From a virus (lineage: Duplodnaviria > Caudoviricetes): a DNA stretch of 64,000 nucleotides. Of this stretch, positions 1-9,517 are shown piece after piece. The stretch is from positions 1-64,000 of IMG/VR virus record IMGVR_UViG_2890524856_000001; one strand, given 5' to 3'. The position numbers and the translations under genes were made by a program. The stretch's first letter is position 1, and each line of letters opens with the position of its first letter. The notes beneath the pieces were generated by a model. It had not been told where the DNA came from. It made no database searches and worked only from the letters and a program-made list of their open reading frames with translations.

Positions 1-615
1 ATGAAGGATTTGAAAGAGCGCGTGACTGATGAGCTGATGCCGCGAGCATTCGGCGTAAAGCGCTTGACGCACGTCTGGATCGATACCATCAACCATTGGT
101 TAGTGATTGATGCATCGAGCTCAGCACGCGCCGATGAAGTCATCAAGTTACTGCTGAAATGCTGCGACAAGATCCCGCTGGAGAGCCTACGCGTAAACAT
201 TAGTCCACAAACAGCAATGACAGCCTGGCTGGCTGGCAACGAGGCACCTAAAGGCTTCACTATCGATAAGGACACTGAGCTCAAGAGTGCGAATGAAGAT
301 AAAGCCACCGTGCGCTATGTGCGTCATACGCTGGAACCGAACAACATTAGCGGGCACATAGCAGACGGCAAGCAATGCACAAAGCTTGCACTGACCTGGA
401 ATGATCGCGTCAGTTTCGTGCTGACCGATGCCCTGACCATCAAACGCATTAAGCCACTGGATGTGCTGGATGATGACCAGGATAAGGGTATGAATGAAGA
501 AGAGCGTTTTGATGCTGATTTCGCGCTCATGACGGGTGAATTGGCAACTCTGATCGATGATCTGGTGTTTGCGCTGGGTAGCGAGCCGTCCCCTACATCA
601 ATTGAGGGGAAGTGA
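1..615 (+). CDS. rdgC: Recombination-associated protein RdgC, C-terminal part (5' end outside window)
   Basis: Motifs LVIDASSSARADEVIKLLLK, GKQCTKLALTWNDRVSFVLT and FDADFALMTGEL are typical of RdgC. Confidence 0.9.
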   Translation: MKDLKERVTDELMPRAFGVKRLTHVWIDTINHWLVIDASSSARADEVIKLLLKCCDKIPLESLRVNISPQTAMTAWLAGNEAPKGFTIDKDTELKSANEDKATVRYVRHTLEPNNISGHIADGKQCTKLALTWNDRVSFVLTDALTIKRIKPLDVLDDDQDKGMNEEERFDADFALMTGELATLIDDLVFALGSEPSPTSIEGK

Positions 616-616
616 G

Positions 617-886
617 ATGTGCGACTTAGACTTGGTTCAGTTTTACGCAGAGCTCTATGCTGAAGCCCTGCGTATTGCGTCAATGAGTTCAGCGAACATG
701 CCATTTTCAGCAAAAACGTTAGCCAGCGAAAGCATATTAATTGCAGATGTTGAAACTGCCGAGGCAATCATCAAGCGAATGATGGAGGACGGCAAAATAA
801 CTGAGACATCTCCTGGCTATTACGCATGCAAGTCAGAAGTCATCAAGCGCGCCGATTCATCCAACTGCAACGAGGTGGCCGCATGA
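617..886 (+). CDS. Hypothetical protein (89 aa)
   Basis: ATG 617 follows the rdgC stop with a GAGGGG RBS; ATGA overlap with the next gene. Confidence 0.6.
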   Translation: MCDLDLVQFYAELYAEALRIASMSSANMPFSAKTLASESILIADVETAEAIIKRMMEDGKITETSPGYYACKSEVIKRADSSNCNEVAA

Positions 887-2760
887 GGCGCGATAACTTT
901 ACGATGCAACTCGGATTCCCCCATGAGTTGATCATTGACAATTTTGCTGGCGGAGGTGGAACTAGCGAAGGATTAGAGCAAGCGCTTGGGCGGCCGGTCG
1001 ATATCGCAATTAATCACGATCCTGAAGCTCTTGCAATGCATGCCATAAACCATCCGCATACGATGCACATATGTGAAAGTGTTTGGGATGTAGATCCAAT
1101 TAAGGTAACAAATAACCAGCCGGTAGGCTTAGTTTGGCTATCACCTGACTGCAAGCACTTCAGCAAGGCAAAAGGCGGCACCCCAGTCGAGAAGCGGATA
1201 CGTGGTCTTGCCTGGATCGGGATGCGCTGGGCAGCAAAGTGCAAGCCTCGCATGATCATGCTGGAAAATGTTGAAGAGTTCCAGGATTGGGGGCCACTCA
1301 TCATTGACGCTAGTGGAGAGGCCAGGCCAGATCCATCTAAAAAGGGTAAGACCTTTGAGTCTTTCGTTCGTCAACTGCGCGGACACGGATATCAGGTTGA
1401 CTGGCGAGAGCTGCGCGCCTGCAATGACGGCGCCCCGACAATTCGCAAGCGATTATTTCTTGTTGCTCGACGTGACGGGGTCAAGATTGGTTGGCCTGAC
1501 CATGCTTATGGCGCTCCAACAAATCCCGCTGTACTCGCACGCAAGCTTTTGCCATGGGCAACTGCTGCTCAGTGCATAGACTTTAGCATTCCTGCGCAAA
1601 GTATTTTCAGTCGAAAGCGCCCACTGGTAGTTAATACAGAACGCAGGATAGCCAAAGGACTCTTGCGCCACGTACTGACCTCAGCAAAGCCATTCATAGT
1701 CAGCACAAGTGAGCAAACCATTTCTGCCAACCCTATGTCAATAGGCAATCCGTTAAGAGCTATCGCTAAGGAAAATTTCAACTGCCCTATTCTTGCTCCT
1801 TTCTTAAATGAGCACGCAAATGCAAGCAGTCAGCGCACTATGCCAGCAGACGCCCCACTGCGTACTGTGTGCGCACAAGTGAAAGGCGGTCACTTTTCTG
1901 TCGTCGCTCCCACACTAACGCCAATGCGAGGCACTAGCGAAGCGCATCTTGGGGGGCATGATATCAATGCTCCGCTATCCACAATTTCCGCTGGCGGAAC
2001 TCATCATGGCCTAACATCTGCCCACTTGGTCACAATTGGTCATGGAGAGCGAGCAAGGCAGTGCGCCGAGACGCTAAAAATCGAGCCTAAATTGAACGAT
2101 GAGATAAGTGATGGAGTACATAAAAGTCTAATTGCAGCATTTCTTGAGCAGGCCAATGGGGGATTTTACGATGGTGATGGTAGGGGTGTTGATGAGCCAG
2201 TTTCTACGATTACCAGTTCTGGCAGTAACCAGCGCCTAGTAATGGCATATTGCATAAAGTACTACTCTAGCGGAGGTCAATGGCAAGGTCTTACTGAGCC
2301 GATGCATACATTACCGACGAAAGCCCGCATGGGACTTGTTCAGACTGTCCAAATTGCCGCCGATTGCCTGGATGAAGAACACCGGGAGCGAGCTCGCCTA
2401 TGTGCGAAATTACTGCATACCCATTTGCCGGAATATTTTACTAAGCCTGCTGAAATGGTGATTTTTTATCATTCCGGTCAATGGTGGGTTTTGGTCGATA
2501 TTACCTTACGCATGCTCAAAGCGAGGGAATTATTCAACGCACAAGGATTCCCGTCTACGTACATCATTGACGAGATACCCAATCCTTCCTTGTTGTTTTC
2601 AGATGGCATTCAGGTAGCGAACCCTTTGGAGGTTCCTCGCATACCACTTTCAACAGTTGCTCAAGTACGCATGTGCGGCAATAGCGTTTCGCCAAATCAG
2701 GCGAAGGCCTTGGCAATTGCGAACTTCAAACATGAAAAGCAATTGGCGAGGGTTGCATGA
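883..2760 (+). CDS. Orphan C5 cytosine DNA methyltransferase, phage type, with long variable region
   Basis: DNFAGGGG (motif I), SPDC (catalytic), LENV, R-x-R motif and C-terminal GNSV; ATG 883 overlaps the upstream stop. Confidence 0.9.
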   Translation: MRRDNFTMQLGFPHELIIDNFAGGGGTSEGLEQALGRPVDIAINHDPEALAMHAINHPHTMHICESVWDVDPIKVTNNQPVGLVWLSPDCKHFSKAKGGTPVEKRIRGLAWIGMRWAAKCKPRMIMLENVEEFQDWGPLIIDASGEARPDPSKKGKTFESFVRQLRGHGYQVDWRELRACNDGAPTIRKRLFLVARRDGVKIGWPDHAYGAPTNPAVLARKLLPWATAAQCIDFSIPAQSIFSRKRPLVVNTERRIAKGLLRHVLTSAKPFIVSTSEQTISANPMSIGNPLRAIAKENFNCPILAPFLNEHANASSQRTMPADAPLRTVCAQVKGGHFSVVAPTLTPMRGTSEAHLGGHDINAPLSTISAGGTHHGLTSAHLVTIGHGERARQCAETLKIEPKLNDEISDGVHKSLIAAFLEQANGGFYDGDGRGVDEPVSTITSSGSNQRLVMAYCIKYYSSGGQWQGLTEPMHTLPTKARMGLVQTVQIAADCLDEEHRERARLCAKLLHTHLPEYFTKPAEMVIFYHSGQWWVLVDITLRMLKARELFNAQGFPSTYIIDEIPNPSLLFSDGIQVANPLEVPRIPLSTVAQVRMCGNSVSPNQAKALAIANFKHEKQLARVA

Positions 2761-3164
2761 AACGAATATCCGAGAGAATAACTGGCAAACAGCAAACTTA
2801 CTTAGCGGACTTCCACGACGAAGTTAAAGCCGTGGCACGCAATTACGCATTGAGCCGGTATGTTGGTGAGAAGTACAGAATCATCTCAGATAAAGAGATT
2901 ACCGGCCAGTATTGCGGAGTCCTAGGCGTTCGCATGGCAATTGTCTGGGGTGTAACACGCGGAACTGCGAATCGTAGGCTGCAGGCACTTGCAGCATATG
3001 GCGTGTTTCGCGAACCGCGCTACGGACATACTCACTGCGATAGCTACAAGGTATCGGAAGAATTGGGCGTCCAGTACGTCAACGAGGCTATTCAACACTG
3101 GATTTCCGTAGGCTACAGCCAGACAGAATTCCGAGAAAAAATCCATTTAGAAAGTAAAAAATGA
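2757..3164 (+). CDS. Hypothetical phage protein
   Basis: 135-aa ORF with ATGA coupling at both ends. Confidence 0.6.
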   Translation: MKRISERITGKQQTYLADFHDEVKAVARNYALSRYVGEKYRIISDKEITGQYCGVLGVRMAIVWGVTRGTANRRLQALAAYGVFREPRYGHTHCDSYKVSEELGVQYVNEAIQHWISVGYSQTEFREKIHLESKK

Positions 3165-3670
3165 GCAACCTTCAACAGCACATTGGCAATAAAACAGTAG
3201 GCACTGGAACCACGCCTGGCGCCTACCAATTTGATCGGTTAATCAAAGCATTACCGGTGACAAATCTAAATACAGCAAGAAAATCAGATGAATTGATTTC
3301 GGAGTTGCTTGCGAACGTCAACGAATATGCTCCAGAGACAGTAACAGCACTACTTGCATACGAAGCAGCCCAATATATTAAATCACTGGAAGAGGAAATT
3401 GCCAAATTAAACCGGAAATCAATCCACGGTTTAGAAATTACTGCCGCTCAGCTGCAAGAAGTGCTGGACTTTGTATTTGCCGATGCCGATGCACGAGATG
3501 ACCACGAAAGCAGCGCTCGAATAGCCTTCCTACCAGCCGAGTATGCCCCGATTGGCGATAACAACATACGGATGAAGCCGGGGCTTTACGCATGTGACGC
3601 AGAATATCCTGAGGAGGGCTGGATCCCACTTTTTGACGATGCTGATAACGATGACGGCGGTGCAGCATGA
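3161..3670 (+). CDS. Hypothetical phage protein
   Basis: 169-aa ORF coupled into the operon; ends in GGCGGTGCAGCATGA. Confidence 0.6.
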   Translation: MSNLQQHIGNKTVGTGTTPGAYQFDRLIKALPVTNLNTARKSDELISELLANVNEYAPETVTALLAYEAAQYIKSLEEEIAKLNRKSIHGLEITAAQLQEVLDFVFADADARDDHESSARIAFLPAEYAPIGDNNIRMKPGLYACDAEYPEEGWIPLFDDADNDDGGAA

Positions 3671-4317
3671 GCCAATTACCACAACGCGACGAAACCAAGC
3701 CAGCTGAACAGCAAGGACTGTTTCAAAAATTCATTGTTGCACGCACAGACGGCAAAGACGCGCCAGGGCAAAAGCATTGCGGGTGCGAATATTTTGTTCT
3801 GGACGTGAAACATGACCAACACGCAAAAGCGGCACTGGCAGCATATGCAATTGCGTGCGCGGAAAGCCATCCAGATTTAAGAAACGATTTGGTGCGACGT
3901 TATGCCCTGCCGCCGCCTGAAGTGGCACATAAACCATCCGGCTATTTTAAAGCAGATTTAAATGGCAATTTATTATGGGGGCAGGATTGCGTAAACGAAG
4001 AGGATGTTTTTTTCAATGGCATTGACGAAATATCCAGACCTTTCTTTATGGCACCGCAAGAATTAGTTAGCCTGGAAGTGGAAAACAGAAAATTGAAGCT
4101 TCGTTTAAATCGAAACGTTTCTTTACTTGCTAATGAAACTTTGCAGTCTGAAAAAGAAAGCCTTTTGCTGCAAATAGCCGAACTGCGCGAAGTGCTGGAG
4201 CTGGCAAAGAACGGACTGCAATGGTACCAGGATCAATTCCCGGAGGTTGCCAGCGAGACGGACTATGAAACTATGGAGCGCATCAATGCAGCGCTGGAAG
4301 GTGTTGAAAATGACTAA
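3667..4317 (+). CDS. Conserved phage hypothetical protein with coiled-coil C-terminus
   Basis: GLFQKFIVARTDG...CEYFVLD...HAKAALAAYA segment typical of phage accessory proteins. Confidence 0.65.
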   Translation: MSQLPQRDETKPAEQQGLFQKFIVARTDGKDAPGQKHCGCEYFVLDVKHDQHAKAALAAYAIACAESHPDLRNDLVRRYALPPPEVAHKPSGYFKADLNGNLLWGQDCVNEEDVFFNGIDEISRPFFMAPQELVSLEVENRKLKLRLNRNVSLLANETLQSEKESLLLQIAELREVLELAKNGLQWYQDQFPEVASETDYETMERINAALEGVEND

Positions 4318-5017
4318 TGAAAAACAAGCGGTTGTTACGGTTGAAAAAGACGGAAATATGTGGTGCGCCAAAGGCGAAGGGTTTATTGACCTGCAAACCA
4401 GTGAAAACTATGCTTTTGGCAATACACGGGAAGAAGCAATCGATAATTATTTTATTGCCGCTGTAGCAAAACTCAATGTATTGCCAGTCCCATCAGTTAC
4501 CGATCTGGAAAAGCATGCGGTTAAAAAAGACGGATCAAGACATGATATTTGCAGACGGATTGAATCAGACCTGAAAATTCAAAACGAGCAGTTGTGCGAT
4601 CAGGCCGAAGCCCTGCGCCAAGAGAATGCCGAACTCAAAGCCCAGCTGGAAAAAGAGCGCATGCGCTTGGCAGGCTGTGCCACAGCGGCACTGATGAATA
4701 CGGAGGAATCAGTTAAAGACCGTATCAGCAGTGACAACCCTTACTGGTCAGCATCCTATGGCGACATATGCAATGCTGTGGATCGTGAAATTGCACTGCG
4801 CAATGAGAATCAGCAATTGAAAAGCGTCATTGACTCTGCGCGAAGCGCAATTGAGGTGCTACTGGATTATGCCAGCCCACCGGAAGCTAACTGCAGCTGT
4901 CATATTTCCCCGACTTGCAATGATTGTATCAATTACGGGAAACAGCGCGAAGATGTGGAATATGTAGAGTCCATAGATAAGGAACTTTGCATAGCACTGA
5001 AAGGCGGTGTGGCATGA
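4310..5017 (+). CDS. Hypothetical mosaic phage protein (coiled coil plus Cys-rich C-terminus)
   Basis: ATG 4310 overlaps the previous gene end; C-S-C-H...C-x-x-C motif. Confidence 0.6.
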   Translation: MTNEKQAVVTVEKDGNMWCAKGEGFIDLQTSENYAFGNTREEAIDNYFIAAVAKLNVLPVPSVTDLEKHAVKKDGSRHDICRRIESDLKIQNEQLCDQAEALRQENAELKAQLEKERMRLAGCATAALMNTEESVKDRISSDNPYWSASYGDICNAVDREIALRNENQQLKSVIDSARSAIEVLLDYASPPEANCSCHISPTCNDCINYGKQREDVEYVESIDKELCIALKGGVA

Positions 5018-5496
5018 GCTACGAACAATTGCGCGAGCAATGCGCCGTCGCGTGTTATGAGGCGATAAAAGGTGAAATGGGCGAATCTTGGTTCGCAAAA
5101 CAAATCGCAGACGTAATTCGCGCCTTGCCCCTTCCTGATCAAAAACCTATAGAGCCGATTGGTTTTGTTTATTTGTGGGGCATTGGAAAAATGCGAGCAG
5201 ATAACAAAATCTATGCCTCGTTCAAAGAATGCAACGACCAAGCAAAGCTAGTCAAAAGTTGCACGGAAGTGCATCAAGTCTACACCGCGCCGCCATACAC
5301 CGAAGCACTTCACAAAGAGAATACCGAACTGCGCAAGTTGTCTGACGACTTATTGAGCACTCTATCGAAGCGGTGCTATGTAATGAGTGAGTCGAATCTT
5401 CCCGGGTACCGACTTCTGATCGGGTTTGAAGGCTTAGAAGATGTACAGGCTGCACACTCCGCGATAGTCAACATCAAGAAAGGCGGTGCAGCATGA
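5014..5496 (+). CDS. Hypothetical protein, REQCA...IRALPLP module family member
   Basis: ATGA-coupled; N-terminal module shared with 6916-7371 and 60679-61131. Confidence 0.65.
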   Translation: MSYEQLREQCAVACYEAIKGEMGESWFAKQIADVIRALPLPDQKPIEPIGFVYLWGIGKMRADNKIYASFKECNDQAKLVKSCTEVHQVYTAPPYTEALHKENTELRKLSDDLLSTLSKRCYVMSESNLPGYRLLIGFEGLEDVQAAHSAIVNIKKGGAA

Positions 5497-5987
5497 ACGT
5501 AGCATACCAAGCAATGCTCTTCGCACGTGAAAAGCATAAGAGCCAAGTTCGCAAGTACACGGGCAACCCATACGCCGACCATCTGGCGGAAGTCGCAGGC
5601 ATTGTGGCGACGGTCGATAAATCGCCCTTATCAATCGCAGCTTCGTGGTTGCACGATTGCGTAGAAGATCAAGGCGTGAGCATTGAAGAAATTAATGATC
5701 GCTTCGGCGTGGGTGTTGCTTCGGCTGTCGAATTCTTATCTGACATGGAACAGGGCAACCGAGCGGAGCGGAAAGCCGCGTCGCGCATTCGATTGGCTGC
5801 GGCACCTGGATGGGTGCAAACAATCAAATGCGCAGACATGATCAGCAACACCTCCAGCATTGTGATGCACGACCCGAAATTCGCTGTCACGTATCTGGAT
5901 GAAAAGCGGCTGCTGCTGGACGTTATGACTAAAGCCAACCCATTACTATTGACTATTGCACGCGATCAGATAGGCGGTGCAGCATGA
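5493..5987 (+). CDS. HD-domain hydrolase, RelA/SpoT-hydrolase (small alarmone hydrolase/Mesh1)-like
   Basis: H..QVRKY..PY..H, WLHDCVED and IKCADMISN motifs. Confidence 0.85.
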   Translation: MNVAYQAMLFAREKHKSQVRKYTGNPYADHLAEVAGIVATVDKSPLSIAASWLHDCVEDQGVSIEEINDRFGVGVASAVEFLSDMEQGNRAERKAASRIRLAAAPGWVQTIKCADMISNTSSIVMHDPKFAVTYLDEKRLLLDVMTKANPLLLTIARDQIGGAA

Positions 5988-6250
5988 GCTGCGGATACAA
6001 AGGAAGGCACTTCGGTGCTACTTATCAGGATGCAACTTGCATTGACGGCTACCTTTGGGATCTTGATAGCTGCGATGAGCCAGGCGGAGCGCTCTATCAC
6101 GGAGGCGACATAGGCTGTCCATGCTGCAATACAAAGGCGTATCTTGAATATTGTGACTTCAGGCCATCGGGCAACGCTAAGCAGCGGCGAATCGACATAA
6201 GGAGCAAGATTAGAAACATACACAACAAAATAAATGGAGGTCGTATATGA
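5984..6250 (+). CDS. Cys-rich hypothetical phage protein
   Basis: ATGA-coupled; CIDGYLWDLDSCD...CPCCN. Confidence 0.6.
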   Translation: MSCGYKGRHFGATYQDATCIDGYLWDLDSCDEPGGALYHGGDIGCPCCNTKAYLEYCDFRPSGNAKQRRIDIRSKIRNIHNKINGGRI

Positions 6251-6561
6251 GCCACACAAGAGAACAAGCCAAAGAACTGTGGTGTCCGACGGTACGGGTT
6301 GTGCGCCATGAAGTTGTCCGCCGCGAAACTGCGAAAGTAAGCGGTCTGGTCGCAATTACAGAAGACCATCACATCGTAAGCGGCTGCAACACCGACACAA
6401 TGGGCGGCGTGCGCGTTCCCGCAATCTGCCGCTGCATCGCAGACCAGTGCGCCACATGGCGCTGGGTTCCGGGAGGGCTAAAGAGCAGCGCAGGTGATCG
6501 TCACCCAACAACACGAGGCTACTGCGGTCTGGCCGGTCGTCCGGAGGTGGCGCCATTATGA
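6247..6561 (+). CDS. Hypothetical phage protein
   Basis: ATGA-coupled; WCP...CRCIADQCATWRW. Confidence 0.6.
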   Translation: MSHTREQAKELWCPTVRVVRHEVVRRETAKVSGLVAITEDHHIVSGCNTDTMGGVRVPAICRCIADQCATWRWVPGGLKSSAGDRHPTTRGYCGLAGRPEVAPL

Positions 6562-6719
6562 CCAATATACGAAACCTGATCAGCCGAAACAAGCGTGAAG
6601 GGCGTTATCTTGGCTGGCGTAAGTCAGCAGGCCATCAGCGGATGGGATATCAAATGGGGTACACGCTGCGCGATCTGGCAGCGATGCGTAAGGGGTCTGT
6701 AGAGGAGGTAATGCTATGA
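6558..6719 (+). CDS. Small basic protein (53 aa, MTNIRNLISRNKREG...), not in the ORF track
   Basis: Read by hand; ATGA overlap with both neighbours fills the gap exactly. Confidence 0.6.
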   Translation: MTNIRNLISRNKREGRYLGWRKSAGHQRMGYQMGYTLRDLAAMRKGSVEEVML

Positions 6720-6919
6720 CGCCCATCGAACTCAAACCATACGGCGCAGGGCATCCGCATTACGTCCTTGCAGAGCGCATCCTTTCCTGGCACCTAATCG
6801 ATTACAACGGCAGGCACGGCACTTGTATTGTGCTCGATAACGGCAAGGAAATGAATTGCGGAAATTGGCCGCGTGAAATCGCGGCAGCTATTGAAAATTT
6901 GAAAGCGGGTACAGCATGA
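6716..6919 (+). CDS. Hypothetical protein (67 aa)
   Basis: GGAGG RBS and ATGA coupling. Confidence 0.6.
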   Translation: MTPIELKPYGAGHPHYVLAERILSWHLIDYNGRHGTCIVLDNGKEMNCGNWPREIAAAIENLKAGTA

Positions 6920-7371
6920 ACCAACTAGAACAACCAAGAGAGCAATGTGCAAAGGTTTGCGATGAGCAAATATCCGATGATCTCCGAAACCGCGCTGATG
7001 TATGCGCCAACGCAATCCGCGCCATTCCCCTACCTGATGTTCGGCTCTCTATTGGCAACACGTTTAATGAGCGCGTTTTGAACGTTCTCGGCGAAACCTG
7101 GAATCTGGTCAGCTTTCCGCTTGAGCAGCCATTTAAGGCGCAAGCGCGCAGTGAAATTATGCGTTTAATGACGGAAATTGTATTAATGCGCAATGAGCCT
7201 ACAGTTGAAGAGCTACGCGCTGAGAATGAGCAGTTGCGAAACGCACTGGAGCAATACCACGCTTTCGCCTCTATGAGACGCGATGAACTTGGCTGCTTAT
7301 CGGACGAACTGGAAAGCATCGACGCTTATGCCAAATCTGTGCTCGACAGCAGTAAAGGCGGTGTAGCATGA
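6916..7371 (+). CDS. Hypothetical protein, REQCA...IRAIPLP module family member
   Basis: Shared N-terminal module; ends in GGCGGTGTAGCATGA. Confidence 0.65.
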   Translation: MNQLEQPREQCAKVCDEQISDDLRNRADVCANAIRAIPLPDVRLSIGNTFNERVLNVLGETWNLVSFPLEQPFKAQARSEIMRLMTEIVLMRNEPTVEELRAENEQLRNALEQYHAFASMRRDELGCLSDELESIDAYAKSVLDSSKGGVA

Positions 7372-7433
7372 GCCGCCGTCGCGCCCCCAAGCCCTAACTC
7401 TAAAGATCACTAATTCGCAGATAAACAAAGTTG

Positions 7434-7469
7434 AAAGCCCGCAACTCAATAAAGAGTGCGGGCTTTTTT
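7434..7469. terminator. Intrinsic terminator between the left arm and the lysis cassette
   Basis: AAAGCCCGCAACTC-N-GAGTGCGGGCTTTTTT between converging genes. Confidence 0.8.
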
Positions 7470-7980
7470 ATTCAGCAAAGCATTTGCTGATTCGGACTTC
7501 ATTTTTGAACGATTCAAAGTCAATGATTATTTTGTCTCGATCTTCTGCGAATCGGTAAAGACGCTCCTCAACATCTCTAGGGAGTCGGGTAGTCGTTTTT
7601 TCGACATCTCCGCCGGTGCTGGCGCCTTCGACTCCTGCGGCAAAGCCTTCACAGATGGACTTTGGGACGCGCAGGCCGCCAATGATGCTAGTGCGACCGT
7701 CAGCAATAACTTTGTCATATTTAGTTTTAAGTGCGCCATACATTTCCTCACGATTTAGTCTTTCTTGCTTTATCTTCCCGGCTTTAATGGCTTCTTCAGC
7801 CTTATTTTGAGCATCTTTTTCGACCAACGCTAAACTCTCGCGCAGAATGCGATCACGGTCTTTTTTTTCCCAAGAGGCTTTCTCCCTCTCCATCCCAGCG
7901 ATGCCTCCAAAGTATTCGCCGGCAGAATAGGAACAAATACTTATAGCGATGATGATAAGAATGTATTTGCCATATGTCAT
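7468..7980 (-). CDS. i-spanin (Rz-like)
   Basis: N-terminal TM helix, coiled coil, GLRVP motif; downstream of the endolysin; contains a nested lipoprotein gene. Confidence 0.8.
   Translation of the reverse strand: MTYGKYILIIIAISICSYSAGEYFGGIAGMEREKASWEKKDRDRILRESLALVEKDAQNKAEEAIKAGKIKQERLNREEMYGALKTKYDKVIADGRTSIIGGLRVPKSICEGFAAGVEGASTGGDVEKTTTRLPRDVEERLYRFAEDRDKIIIDFESFKNEVRISKCFAE
7527..7739 (-). CDS. o-spanin (Rz1-like) lipoprotein nested in the i-spanin gene
   Basis: GAGGA RBS; lipobox LAAC followed by a Pro-rich segment; alternate frame inside Rz. Confidence 0.8.
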   Translation of the reverse strand: MAHLKLNMTKLLLTVALASLAACASQSPSVKALPQESKAPAPAEMSKKRLPDSLEMLRSVFTDSQKIETK

Positions 7981-8657
7981 ATACGCCCCATGTATTTAGG
8001 CATCCGGGCAAATACTCTGCCTGGATACTTGCTGTTGATAGTACAAAAATCTTCACCGTAGCCAGCAACTTTTATCCGAGATTGAGGACATTGGTTTTCA
8101 AGATTTCCTGCCCATATGCCCGGCTGGCAGCCAGGCGTCATTCGACAAGATCGAATCCGCTTATTGACGCTACCAGCGCCACCGTTGTATTGAGCCGCAG
8201 CACACATAAGAGAATTGTCACTGTCGTGCATAATTGACGTACATGCCCGGTTATGAGAGCGTAATTTAAGAACAACGGCTCTAACCTGGTATGACACGTT
8301 GAAACAATCCCCCCAAGTCCATCCGTTTAGAGAGGGGTCTAATCGCTTCGTTTCCTCTAAAGCATCAAACCTTACCGACCCATCAGGCTTATAAGCTCGA
8401 GTAAATTGACCAATTCCACAACCATATTCACGCGATGTTTTAAGCTCTGCACGGATCCGGTTCAAACTTTCCTGCTCTGTTGCCGCCGGAATAAACTCGA
8501 GGCGCGCCAGATCAGGCCAAAAATGCTCAATCTCCCCCCGCATAATTGGAAGTAATTTTTCAGACTCCCCCGGAAGGATACTGCCAGCATGCGACACAGC
8601 ACTAAATAAAGGAAGCAAAGCAGTCAAAGCAACTACATTTAGTAGCCTCGGTCTCAT
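7977..8657 (-). CDS. Endolysin, lytic transglycosylase (SLT-like) with N-terminal signal sequence
   Basis: QES catalytic Glu, GIGQFT and AAAQYNGGAG motifs; start MRPRLLNVVALTALL with GGGGA RBS. Confidence 0.85.
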   Translation of the reverse strand: MRPRLLNVVALTALLPLFSAVSHAGSILPGESEKLLPIMRGEIEHFWPDLARLEFIPAATEQESLNRIRAELKTSREYGCGIGQFTRAYKPDGSVRFDALEETKRLDPSLNGWTWGDCFNVSYQVRAVVLKLRSHNRACTSIMHDSDNSLMCAAAQYNGGAGSVNKRIRSCRMTPGCQPGIWAGNLENQCPQSRIKVAGYGEDFCTINSKYPGRVFARMPKYMGRI

Positions 8658-8658
8658 A

Positions 8659-9015
8659 CTATCCCCCGAAATGCGCTGATACCTGCATCCAGTACAGAAA
8701 AAGGAACGCTCCGATGCGTATTGCCCATGCAAATTGATGCGCACAATACAGCGCCGCTGGGGATGTGGCCTCGGCCAATTCAGCAATGTTCTGCAAGTCA
8801 ATTTTTGGCGTTAGGAAAATACGAAACCACATCAGTGAAATTTCGACCCAAGCCAATATCCCAAGGGCGACTAATACATAAATTATCTCCGGGAACATTT
8901 GTCCGACGCTGTAAATGCCGCTGGCACTTAACTGAACAATGCCCTCAATCGATACAAATGCCGCAACAGTTAGCATAAAGAAAACCATTGTACGAAAGAA
9001 TAATCTTTTAACCAT
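8659..9015 (-). CDS. Putative holin (3 TM segments)
   Basis: Three hydrophobic stretches; directly upstream of the endolysin; GGAGG RBS. Confidence 0.6.
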   Translation of the reverse strand: MVKRLFFRTMVFFMLTVAAFVSIEGIVQLSASGIYSVGQMFPEIIYVLVALGILAWVEISLMWFRIFLTPKIDLQNIAELAEATSPAALYCAHQFAWAIRIGAFLFLYWMQVSAHFGG

Positions 9016-9040
9016 AATCACCTCCATTTACCCAAATAAA

Positions 9041-9517
9041 TCAATTCATAACAAATGTTGCATAACTAACCACCTTCCTAGGGTGGGACATCGCAAATGG
9101 AACGTCATTTGTAATGCCTATTTCCAGAGTGCAGACATCCCCAGGATGGATCGTCACAGGCACAAGAGAATGTCGCACGATCTCATAGCTGCCTTGCTTT
9201 ATTTCGCGCAACGAGTCTGATAGATCCGCACTACCACTAGAGCAATTCATCTGCTTATCAAACCGTCCGGTGAAATCACTTAGAGCCACTAAGCCAAGCT
9301 TATATTTGATGTGAGCAATACCGTTGGAACGGTAAGTTTCAACGCTGAGCGGGCTCGATACGCGCCAAAGCGCCTCAGGGTATGTAGTCCTGTACGCAAC
9401 AAAACCGAGCAGTGATGCGGTCGCGGTAATGCAAATAATGACGAGGGTCGCAAGCAATTTATGCCATGCCGAGTCGTTCGATAAGCGATCAGCTATCTCG
9501 TGTAGAAAATTTCTCAT
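9041..9517 (-). CDS. Membrane-anchored hypothetical protein (lysis region)
   Basis: Single N-terminal TM segment. Confidence 0.55.
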   Translation of the reverse strand: MRNFLHEIADRLSNDSAWHKLLATLVIICITATASLLGFVAYRTTYPEALWRVSSPLSVETYRSNGIAHIKYKLGLVALSDFTGRFDKQMNCSSGSADLSDSLREIKQGSYEIVRHSLVPVTIHPGDVCTLEIGITNDVPFAMSHPRKVVSYATFVMN

